Assembly: GCA_904063045.1 (NCBI GenBank) | Contig: CAJFCJ010000006.1 | Coordinates: 1,439,647-1,503,646 of the forward strand | Origin: Dimorphilus gyrociliatus | Lineage: Eukaryota > Animalia > Annelida | Direction of reading: 5' to 3' | DNA: 64,000 nucleotides | Shown here: piece after piece, positions 16,819-27,380 of the stretch | Layout: each line of letters opens with the position of its first letter | How positions within the stretch are numbered: position 1 is the stretch's first letter | Position numbers and translations under genes: made by a program | Notes under the pieces: model-generated | Database searches by the model: none | The model's input: the letters and a program-made list of their open reading frames with translations, nothing else | What the model was told of the DNA's origin: nothing

Positions 16819-17559
16819 TTAACGCTTGCGGAATTTAGCTGGGGACGCTCCATCCGATAGGGACGAATAATCGTTACAACGTTTTTGTGGCGATGTTTCA
16901 ACAAAGGAATGTCGACGTTTCTTCACTTGAGATTTCGTGTAGCCCGACCTGACTCTCTTATTGGCAAACCATTTTCTGACTTGTTCCGGTGTAATACCTC
17001 CTGCTCTTGCAATAGCCTCAGCTGTATCGTAGTCAACATAAGGATAGTCACTATGCTTTTCGTACCATGACGTCATTAGGGTGACTGCCAATGAGTTCAA
17101 AGGAGCATTTTTCGGGGTTGCATTTAACCTACTATCTGTATGAGGCAACCGGTAAGGAAAAATTGCTGTTGGGTTGAACTGGTAAGCTGCAAACGCGAAA
17201 TTGCAAAAGGCTGGAGGACGGAAATACGGTACATTTAGAGGGTGTCCGCGCAATCGGCTTCGGCATCGCGGTGAAGTCGACTCGGTGGGTCTATTCAGAA
17301 TTGAGTCGATGGAAAATGACAAATTGGAAACTTTTTGTTCATCTCCGTTTCGGTTTTCGTTTGCCTATTAAAAAATGAATAAAACACTTTCTAAATCTCA
17401 AAATAATCGACTATCACAAAAGTGCATAATAATTCGATTGAAACTAAGGCGAAAACTTCTTAGAGAATCAACATATAGTTAGGAAAAAAAGAGTTACAAC
17501 GTATTATCAGGAATTCTTACCGATTTCGTTTCCGAATTAGTTAAGCAGGTTCGATTCAT
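16819..17559 (-). CDS. Divergent TALE-class homeobox protein with eh1 motif; exons 17559-17521 and 17364-16819, about 194 aa
   Basis: SWYEKHSDYPYVDYDTAEAIARAGGITPEQVRKWFANKRVR aligns gap-free to TALE homeodomains. FSIDSIL is an eh1 motif. The real ATG is in an upstream exon (donor GTAAGA, acceptor TTTAATAG); the track start is a TTG. Confidence 0.9.
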
Positions 17560-18509
17560 ACTCAACGGAGAGGAGCATTCAAAATGACGAATTCAGGAGT
17601 AAGGAAGCAAACAAATCTATAAACGAGCTAATTGAAACGTTTACCTTTGAGTTCATTAGCTCCTTGTTGTCCTCCGACGTGCTCCTTAAAAGAGAAGACC
17701 GTCTTCGTTTGCCTAATTGACGAGTTTATATTTTCTAGTTCTCGCTGATTGGTTGGAATACCCACAGAGTATCAAATTCCAAATAATTTCTGATATATGA
17801 AGAGTAGCAAAGGAGCTCGTATCCATACACACCTTTTCTTAATTAATAAGCGACGGCGCTTTTTTTTTTTGATAACTCTTTTTTGTCTTTGGTCAATCCA
17901 ACTAGCCGCCGGTGATGGCTATTGTTTAAGAGACGCGTAAGGTGTAATCGTAGTTTGTACGTACGAAATGCCTGCGGCTTCTCTGCCCACCCATACCGAC
18001 TCTTTTGTCTTCACTCAGCCTTTATCTATCATTAGCGAATAGCGATTTCCTAGTGCACACAAAAAACTTGTTGCTTTTATCATTATTAATAATATTAGTA
18101 GTATTGATATGAATTTTGAGCTTTCTCTTCCTTCGTTAATTTATTCAACAGTTAGTGTTAATTTTCTTTTAAACTTGTCAATAGTATTGTTGCATAACAT
18201 GCTAATCATGAATATTACGTAAGTGATCTTATTGAGTAATTGAACTAATCGTTGAATTAAAGAATGTAATAGAATTTTATGAACAGCTACTACAGCTAGC
18301 AGTGAGATCGTCACGAAGTTACACCTAGTGCCATCTATAGTGATTTATGTATTTTCGCGCCAACATATCCCAGAAAGCACAGAAACAGGAAATATACTTT
18401 CGGCCATATTAAACCGTGTGTGAGATTTGTTGGTGTGAGTGTTTTTGGATGAATATCCGGCTTCTTCCTATCATCTAGCCCTAATCTTTGTGGGGAAACG
18501 GATGAAGAG

Positions 18510-20070
18510 ATGACGCAGTACATCTGCGTTGCAGAGGAAGAGAGCGACGAACCCCTGGAAGTTCCTTGCGAGGAAGATGGTTGTCTAACAATATCGACTC
18601 TCGTCGCTCAATTTCCAGGAGCTTGTGGCCTGCGTTATCGAAATCCGGAAACGGGTGCTTATCGTGGTGTGAGAGTTGTTGATGGTAAATTACATCCTCC
18701 AGATGGATCCTGGGGCTCGCAATTGTATTTAGCCGTCTTTCCTAAAAGTAAGTATTATCACGTGGTAATTGTGTAGTATAATAGTATAGCATGTCAAAAG
18801 GAGGTGTAGAAGGGTAAGAATGCAAAATTTCCTATGTTGTACGTAGAAAAAATTTCTAACAAAAGATTTAAGTATGATCGATTGTGTGACTGGTGCTAAT
18901 GGTGCGTTGTGTGTGTGTTCGGTATGAGCAGCGAACAAGAGAAAAGGAAATGATGATCATGATGATGAGGTCGACCATCCAACAGCAAAGACGAAAAAAG
19001 TAGAGAAGCAGAAATGCAGCGATCTCATCGTACTGGGTCTACCGTGGAAAAGTACGGAAGAAGATTTGCGCAACTATTTCCAACAGATGGGCGACGTACT
19101 TATGGTTCAGGTAATTATTCAAGTCGAATGCATACTCCTTGATTTACAAATTTCTAAAATTTCATAGGTTAAACAAGATCCGAAGACAAAGCAATCGAAG
19201 GGTTTTGGATTTGTTCGATTTGCGGACTACGAGGTACAAAAGAAAGTTTTAGGTCAGCGGCATTTGATTGATGGACGGTGGTGTGATGTTAGGATTCCGA
19301 ATTCGAAGAATTTTCAAGATCAACAAGTTCCATACGGACACGGCCCACCTATGCATGCTGAATGGGCAGGAGGACATAATAATAGTACTCCTCCCAATTG
19401 GCATGGAGACTCTCAAATGCAACGTAAGGTTTTTATAGGGCGTTGCACTGAGGATATGACAGTGGATGACTTAAGGACCTATTTTACTAAATATGGAGAA
19501 GTTGTAGATGTCTTTATACCTAAGCCATTTAGAGCCTTTGCTTTTGTGACGTTTAGTGATGCTGAAACTGCACAGGCTTTGTGCGGTGAAGACCATATTA
19601 TTAAAGGAGCTAGCGTACATGTTTCAACAGCTGCTCCAAAGTCCTACGATAAAGTAAATAAAATGCAACCGCCTCCTGGCGCAGCTATGGGGGGTGCATG
19701 GAATAATGCCGGACAGTGGGGTCCTGGAGGTAGAGCTCCATCAAATCAAGGGGCTGGAATTAACCAGAACATAGGAATGCTCAATAACCCACTTGGCATG
19801 CTGGCTAATCCGGCTATGATGGCTGCACTGAGTCAAGCAAATTGGGGTTTATTAGGTATGGCTAATCAAGGAGGAGGCGGTGCAAATCAGGCAGGTCCGG
19901 GAGGTGACAGTGGAAATCAACAATCTTCTTTTGGAGCTCCACCTATGACAGGTAGTAATGGTCAAGGTTTCGGAGCTGGTGGTGGGCATAGCCAAGGTTG
20001 GAATGGTAATGAGGCTCCTTCGTCTCCATCTCAAGGTGGTTGGGGACCCCCTCATAAGGGCTGGAACTGA
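18510..20070 (+). CDS. TARDBP: TAR DNA-binding protein 43; exons 18510-18747, 18932-19110, 19168-20070
   Basis: NTD ([15 protein letters not shown]), NLS-like NKRK, RRM1 ([17 protein letters not shown]), RRM2 ([14 protein letters not shown]), G/N/Q-rich tail with NPAMMAA. Confidence 0.97.
18893..18931 (+). promoter_or_regulatory. UG-rich 3' splice site of TARDBP intron 1 (branch point CTAAT, (TG)5, tandem GAG/CAG acceptor)
   Basis: Sequence GTGCTAATGGTGCGTTGTGTGTGTGTTCGGTATGAGCAG|CG. Confidence 0.6.
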
Positions 20071-20879
20071 AGAAACCTTCTGAAAGGGCTCGATTGCGTG
20101 TTTTATTTTTTCGGCCGTTTTTCTCAAAATTTGTGTGAAGTGTATATGTGGTTTGTTTACGTTAAGTATATATATATATATATTTATATATATGTATGTA
20201 TAAATTAGCATATGTATGTATAGATATATACATATACCACGGTCAAGTGCTTTGTACATTTATTTTTTACTCGACAGTGTAGAAAATTTGCTGTATTTCT
20301 TGTATATATCAGATATCCGTTTAATATTGGTTGCTGCGTTATAAACATTAATACGCTCGAATATTGTACGATATCCTTCCATTGTTTTCTTATAACCTAT
20401 AATATCGTAGATTGTTCAAGCGTATTTGTGTGTTTTTTTTTTTGCGTCCCTTTTTCGGCCTACTACCATTTATGTATATAGTTAGAAAAGAATTTTTGTG
20501 ATAATCTGGTACAAATCGGCGCCAAATCTCGGTTTATCGCACTGCCATTTTTTGTTCGTAAACTGAGGTTCTGGCCTGACGGCTAGTTTTCAAAAAACGC
20601 GTTTACAAATGTTCACATTTCGTGCCATGTACGCCACTCGATGGATATTTTGTTAACAAAAAGACTGACGCCATCTATTGGCTTGTTGAAGAATGAATGG
20701 ACGAATGTCTGATGGAAAACAAGGGAAGAAAATCTGCAGTGTACAACTAACTGTTGATCAGTTGCCCATGATGAACGAACGATTTAAACGATGCCTATTG
20801 TTAAAATATGATGAAAGCAGTGTGTACTAGCGCGTTATGAGTATGTGAGCCGTTTGCTTTTTCAATATATATATTGACA

Positions 20880-21329
20880 TATACACCTTAAATATATATA
20901 TATACATGCATGCATCAATGTGTATGTATATCTGTATATTTATATTGTCGTATAAATGAGTATACAGTATATACATTTATATATATTTATATATATTTGT
21001 ATTTTTGTATTTATTTACCTATCTATCTATATATATATAAATATATAAATTTATATATATTTGTATATATATATTTGCACTGGCATATATGTATCTATCT
21101 ATCTCATAGATATATATGCATATATAAAATAGCATAAAGAGAGGGTAGAATTAAGTAAGCAGAGAATTGTGATAGGTTGCCGTACAGTTCTATAGAAGAT
21201 TGACAAGACACGACAACCATTAATTGTACCTTTTTAAGCTTTCACTTTACAGTTTTGTCAAACAACCAACAAGTTTTAACTGCTGTTGTATACTATCAAA
21301 ATTGTCTCATATATATACATATATATATA

Positions 21330-21368
<39 letters not shown>

Positions 21369-21370
21369 CA
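20880..21370. repeat. TA/TG-rich low-complexity tract between the convergent TARDBP and iGluR-like 3' ends
   Basis: Interrupted (TA)n runs. Confidence 0.85.
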
Positions 21371-21661
21371 TGGAATATAAAATCATACCCTAAATTAAGT
21401 CCGATTAAGCTATATAATTACAAAAGAATCCCTCAAAAATCTTTAGTTCAAGTGATTATTGTTCTTTTTTTATAGATTAAAAAAATTTGAATTTCGTGTT
21501 TTCTATTTCCTTTTTACTTTTGATTAACTAAAAAGTTGCTTAAATCTCAAGAGCTACGAGTAATAAAAATTACAACGGCCAGGCAATCTTTACTGATATT
21601 TTATGTTAACTGAGGTTGCCATAACCTCGTTTCAAGCTCCTGATAATGTTCAATGTTTAAG

Positions 21662-24600
21662 TCAATAAAACTCAGCTTGTAGATTGGTCTTCTGGCCTTT
21701 GGAATGAAAATCTTTTTCAAAGAATACCGAAAAATTATTTAGCAGTTTCTGAACCACGCTTGAAAAGATAGACTTTAATATTTTACCACCTTGAATAAAT
21801 CGTACCTCCAAGGCTGCTCGTAATCTAAGGTTGCTCTCCTAAATCATTTAAGTATTAAAATTCAAAACTATTCCTCCGCTATTTATTGCACTTACTAAAC
21901 TATCGTAATAAGCTGCCAAGAAATATTCGACAAGCAGTATAAACATAGATGTTATACCACCAAATATACCTATGAACAGAATTTGCCCAGTATAGGAAAC
22001 TGACTCTTTCTTCCTATTTACTTGAGAAAAAGTATGTTCAAGATTAGCAGATGTGAATTAACTAAGAATCTTATCGTACGGCTGTTTTCGGCATTCTGAT
22101 AACATTTCCCACCTTGCAGCCAATTCTCGCGAAGGATTTCGAAATACTTTTCTTTTTCCAGATGTTCTATCTTTAAATTGGAAAAAATACCAAACATAAA
22201 TAGCTATTAATTTCAGTTGAAATGAGGGATTATAAAAATAGATTTTATCAGATCTAATTACTAACAACCCTATCGAATTGTCGTGTGTAAGAAAATCGTT
22301 TTCTGAACATAATCGCATGTTTAAAGTAATTGGAGCCGTCTTGAATGACCTTGTAAGAACAGTTATCAAAAGATGAAGTATACTCGAAGAGAGACAAGCT
22401 AACTATCCAAGCCCACTTTTCTACTTAAAAAATATTTTTGATCATTATAGCTAATTAGTTGTTCTGTATATAATATAACCTCCAGTTTCTCTATATTTCT
22501 CCAATCTCTTCCAACCATCCTCACGACTATCAACATACCACCGCTCCTCTTGAATTTTATCATAAATCTTTTTAAAAGTGCTCGACTTTGAATACTTAAA
22601 GTAGTCGCGAATTGGAGAGAACTTTGTCATAAATAACTTTATTTCCTTATCTTCGACAAGATCAGTGAATGTTTGAATTTCTTTACAAATTGTTAAAGAA
22701 AGTAAACGTAAAAAACATTAACGAAAGGATTAGCACTAACAAAAACAAAAATAATTTTACTTTGCTCTTCAATTTGTAAGAAAATATTTACAAAACTATT
22801 ACAAAAAAATAAACTTGATATATGAAAGCAGAAAATCCACCAAAATGCAACAAGAAATTTGATAGTAATAGATTGACCTAATTTCTTTGGTGTTGACTGA
22901 TAAAACCAATTAGTAAATAATTAAAATAGAGAATAGTTACAGTAAGATTTAAAAAAGTTGTATTATTAGTAATACCCTTATTAAGAGGGCTGAGAGGGAG
23001 CTAAGGAGGAAGTATAAAAAAGATGCTTCCTTCCGTTTTGTCCGGGTAATAGGCATCATAATATTAACAAAGAATAAAACGAAAGCCATAAATATTATTG
23101 AAAAGAATAAACAACTCCATAGTCTTATATCAAATACTTTTAATAGCCTAGGTAAATAGGTAAATCTTAATAATGTATAATGAATGTTTTGCTCTGTACA
23201 TCTGCCCATATACTATATTATAGGTTCCATTTACCTAACAGTATATCAGTTATTCATATAACTCTATATGTAGTTTTATAAGATTGACCGAGTTATAGTA
23301 TATGAAACATTTGCATTCATTATTAAACAACAAGAGGATCATCATTGTTGTACGTTATTCATTTTTACTTACGATAATCGATATTTATCAACTCGAAATT
23401 GTGGTAAAATTGCGTAGAGACCAGTCTCGAGAAAAGGAACGGAAAATTCTAAAAATTCAGCGCTTGAACGAGTTATTGGATAAATTCCAAGAAAAAAGTC
23501 GTAGTCCTGGAAATTCTAATGAATTTTAAATATGTACATATGATTTTTTTCATTAGTTTTACCTCTAATATATTTCTTGTAGCGTCGATTAACGATACCT
23601 CATTATCTGATATTTTATATTCTATCTGCAATTAGCCTCCAAATTAGCTGACTATATTGGATAATGTTGCATTGGCCTACTTCAAAGTGCAATCGTTCCC
23701 TAATCTTTTCGATTAGATCTACGAAATATCCTTCGTAATTCTTGGCAAAATGAACTTTAAGAGATTGTTTTAGGGCTATGCTCTCAGTTTCAATTAACCT
23801 ATTTTCGGGTATCTTTGAGATAAACGGTTTAAACTAAGTAGCGCCAAGATAGATAGATTGAATTTTCGACTTTACGCCATCTGGCGGACAATCTATAATT
23901 TTAATATTGCATCATATCTATCTATCTATCTAGGCGGCTTGTACCATGCTCTGTGGCAAGTAGAGGGCTTTTAGTTGAATTCCCGACAGATCCATGTTTA
24001 GATCTGCTGGGGAAATTAAACTAAAGAAGGGAAAGATAATAGAAGATGTTTGATATTTCTTAATGGATCCTATCCTGTAAGGATCATATTTGTAAGATTC
24101 GCCAGTCCAAAATAATTTCTTCCTCCACCGCTTGTCGACTAAATTATAAACATGATAAGTTTGCGTAGACTCATTTTCAGAGAAGTATCCGTCCAATATC
24201 TACTCGAAAAGAAAGCAATGTTTATAACGAAGAGAATTCATAGAGGGTAACTAACATTAGCCAATAGCGTTGATTTGATACTTTTGTTCATATTATATGG
24301 CTTAAAGCAACTTTGATGAACCGAGGAATTTAGAGATTCAACATATGTAACATTATCTATCACATACGAAGCAATAGTTGCAATATTGGTATAAATAGTC
24401 TTCAAGCTATTCTGTTTAAGAGAAAATTACTTCTTTTATGTTAAAAAAACCAAAAGTGATTAAATTATAGAATGTTATTACTTCGTTATCCTGATTAAAA
24501 GTTAAATTAGCATTATGTTTAAGTAGGTCAGTAGAAATACCTAACAAACCATGATTCTTTTCCATAAAATCTTTACTCTATTATTAAAAAAACTATCTAT

Positions 24601-25823
24601 TAGACATTTTTATAAATATTTCTAAAAAACCAAATACAATTATGTATGCCTATATGAATAATCTTACTATATCAGATGTTAGAGAGGATGATAATATCCA
24701 AGCCCACCCACTCGAAAGGGTAGCTAAATTTACAGCCTCTTGTAACAAATATTCGATTTTATACGTCCAACTGCCGTTAAAATAAAGATGAAAATTTTCT
24801 GGATAGTATAGAACATAAACAATTCTAAAATCTGGTCGATGATTTCAATAATTAATGAGAATTAGGTGGTAATTAATTTACCGGAAGTTGATAAATCATA
24901 TAAAACACGTTTGACACTTTTCGAGAAGGTATGATGGTCTAAATCAAAATTTAAATAAAAAACTTTCCCTTCATAGTCGAAATCGTCTAGGAGTTTTAGA
25001 GTATAATTAATTTCTATGAATGGATAAAAAGAACATTAGAACATTTCTTAAGCCTATAAATGGTGAGGAAATAGAAACAATTCGATATAGGGTATTGTTA
25101 TTCTATTTCCTCTATTTACACGATAAAAAAAAGAAAAAAGTCTGAGACTTATTGATCTAACCGAACGACGAATCTAAGCATAAAATAGCTACTCTTCTCC
25201 AGGAAAAATATCTGATCAGGGCAAAGAATGCCCGAATTTCGTTTTGTGCTCTTTTTTCAAAGTATTCCCTAATTGACGGGAACCATCTTAACTGGTAGAG
25301 AAATGGAGGTATAATAATAACTCCGTATTCAGAAGAAATCTCCAATAATGACAAGCTGTTTTCAGTATTTCTAGGGCCAATCATCAAACTAACACCACTA
25401 TCCAATAATTGACAAACTATTGTAGTGAAATACTTTAGAAAACTATCAACTATTGTACAAAGCAATAAAAGAATATTTATTAACATTTATCACGGACGTC
25501 AAATGCGTTATTCTGTTCTGTTGTTTTGAAAATTAATTCATACTGTATTGAAGTGTTCTCAAGCCGAAAATTTAAGGATTTTTCCATTATTTCCTTTATT
25601 TGTAAAGTAGAATTTCTATCCAAAAATATACCTGTTGATATATCAAATGTTAATATATTTCCCTTTGTTTAACAGCTTTTCATGCATTCTTTGTTATTTT
25701 TATTGATACATCTGCAATATGACCATTTCTTTATCATTTCTTCTATTTACCTATCTTAATATTATTGCAGGAATAGAATAATAAATTGAAATATGCAAAG
25801 TATAAGTTTGTTTGCAAATCCAT
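21662..25823 (-). CDS. Highly divergent ionotropic glutamate receptor-fold protein with complete ATD; many short exons
   Basis: Hand-spliced: signal peptide + NIKIG|GIF, CQLLDSGV..IGP (ATD), S1 YEGYFVDLIEKI and EFSVPFLETG, M1 VFDIRLW, M3 VAFWWIF, S2 IQTFTDLV..YFKYSKSSTFKKIY..VDSREDG and ENWLQGGKC, M4 ..ILLVEY. Stop at 21662. Some ATD exon boundaries are uncertain. Confidence 0.85.
23873..23887 (-). promoter_or_regulatory. CTCF-like motif CCGCCAGATGGCGTA (intronic)
   Basis: Matches the CCASYAGRKGGCR consensus. Confidence 0.55.
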
Positions 25824-26010
25824 GACGTAATGTTTAAAATTGTGTCTATAGATGGCGTTTGCCTAATATTCTTTCGCAGGCCTAGATCTTCGATTGGGGA
25901 ATATATTTTGGAATTTTAAAGCGTTACTAGCCACGTTTGGCAAACGATTTCTTCCGTCGTGTATAATAAATGTGAAATGCGTTTAAGTCGGGGAAATAAA
26001 GCATTTGAGA

Positions 26011-27205
26011 ATGGGTCGCCTCTTGTATATATTCAACCTTATATGGTTGGTTTCGTCGGTTAATTATGAAAGAGAGGGAATCTTCAAACATTATACCATG
26101 GAAGATATTCGATTGAAAGATTTTCTATATCAATCGACTTACGTAAGATATGATCTTAATTGTGCGATTCTCTGCTTAGTTAATATCTATTGCTTCTCAT
26201 TCAATACTTTCCCGAGCGTAACCAGACCCGGTATGAAGCTATGCGAGCAAAATATGGAGACAATTGAGGGTTCTGGTTTTTATGTCTACAGTAAAAAAGG
26301 TGGAGAACATTACAAAAAGGTTCTTTTCTTATCATAATACTACTACAGTCTTTATTAAAATTGACAAACAAATTAATCTCTGCGTAACAGATAAAGCCTG
26401 ATAATACGATTGATAATGATAGGGGAGTGACGGCTGCCGGATACCACAATGCAATTGCTTACCTAATCTATAATGATTTCATGCTAATTAGCGATATAAA
26501 CAAGATGTACGCTAAACCCTACAAAGAGCTTCAAGTTCCCAAGATAGTCGAAGATGCTGACGATATACTGATAAAAGAAGCAATCGAACCAAATGTGCTT
26601 AATTTCACCTGGATTAAAGGTAATATAGCGAGAGAATTAAAAATACAAAGAGAATTGCTATAAATTAATTAGTCAAAAGAATATGTTTTTCGATTTTGGC
26701 AACGCCCTCTAACGATGTCTTTAAGTTGAAAAAACATGCGTTACCAGATCGAAATTAGCTAAGCTAATTATTAATGAACAACTACCAGGTTAACGTGTTG
26801 ATTGTTTATCTTTTTTTTTTAAAAATAGGAAGTGGGTTATTCGAAAATCAATACGACATTCAATTAAAGAATTGGAGATCACAACCTACCCATATTGGTA
26901 ACTTTAAAAGTAAATATAACGGCGTCGAAATAGATTCTGACGCCGTTCTAGAATATAATGGAAAAAGTTATTTTTTTAAAAATAACATAATAACTTCGTA
27001 CGACCCGAATGGACCACTATCCGTTTATTATATTAGAAACAAAACTATACCCGAAAATCACTTCCTTCGCGTACCGAATGATGTAACAGCAGCGATGTAT
27101 GTTACCGCTAATAGAGCTTATTTCTTTAAAAAGAGGCGATTTTATCTTGTGAACTTGTCTTCCATGGCTGTCGAATTCATGTTTGTTACTCCAAAGTTCA
27201 TATAA
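26011..27205 (+). CDS. Secreted protein with PAN/apple-like N-terminal domain and hemopexin-like repeats; about 3 exons
   Basis: Signal peptide MGRLLYIFNLIWLVSS, CAILC..CFSFN..C pattern, repeats DAVLEYNGKSYFFK and VPNDVTAAMY..RAYFFKKRRFY. Exon joins and 3' end are tentative. Confidence 0.7.
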
Positions 27206-27313
27206 TAAACAGAACTAATGGACTATAACTTTGATGCGTAATAAATAATAAATAACGCATAAAAGGCCTATATATTGTACATAACAGCGAGCTGTTGAAT
27301 TAAATAATTAAAT

Positions 27314-27329
27314 ATGCAAATATGCAAAT
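27314..27329 (+). promoter_or_regulatory. Tandem octamer ATGCAAAT-ATGCAAAT
   Basis: Two perfect POU octamers back to back, ending 51 bp upstream of the M13 peptidase ATG. Confidence 0.55.
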
Positions 27330-27380
27330 GAATTGAGCGCGCGCGAGAGCGCCAGCCTGTCTAACGATCAATCGGCGCGT

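Noticed and set aside
17298-17342. TTG start (track) and ATG at 17342 for the homeobox gene
   Set aside because: The TTG follows a good acceptor, and ATG 17342 is out of frame. The upstream exon supplies an in-frame ATG at 17559.
17545-17560. GGTTCGATTC T-loop-like motif (also about 41385): tRNA?
   Set aside because: No cloverleaf or A box; the first copy lies in a coding exon.
20910-21475. YI-rich ORFs (also 4594, 6856, 19852, 28823, 48240, 56679, 62687)
   Set aside because: Translations of TA/CT/GA microsatellites or introns.
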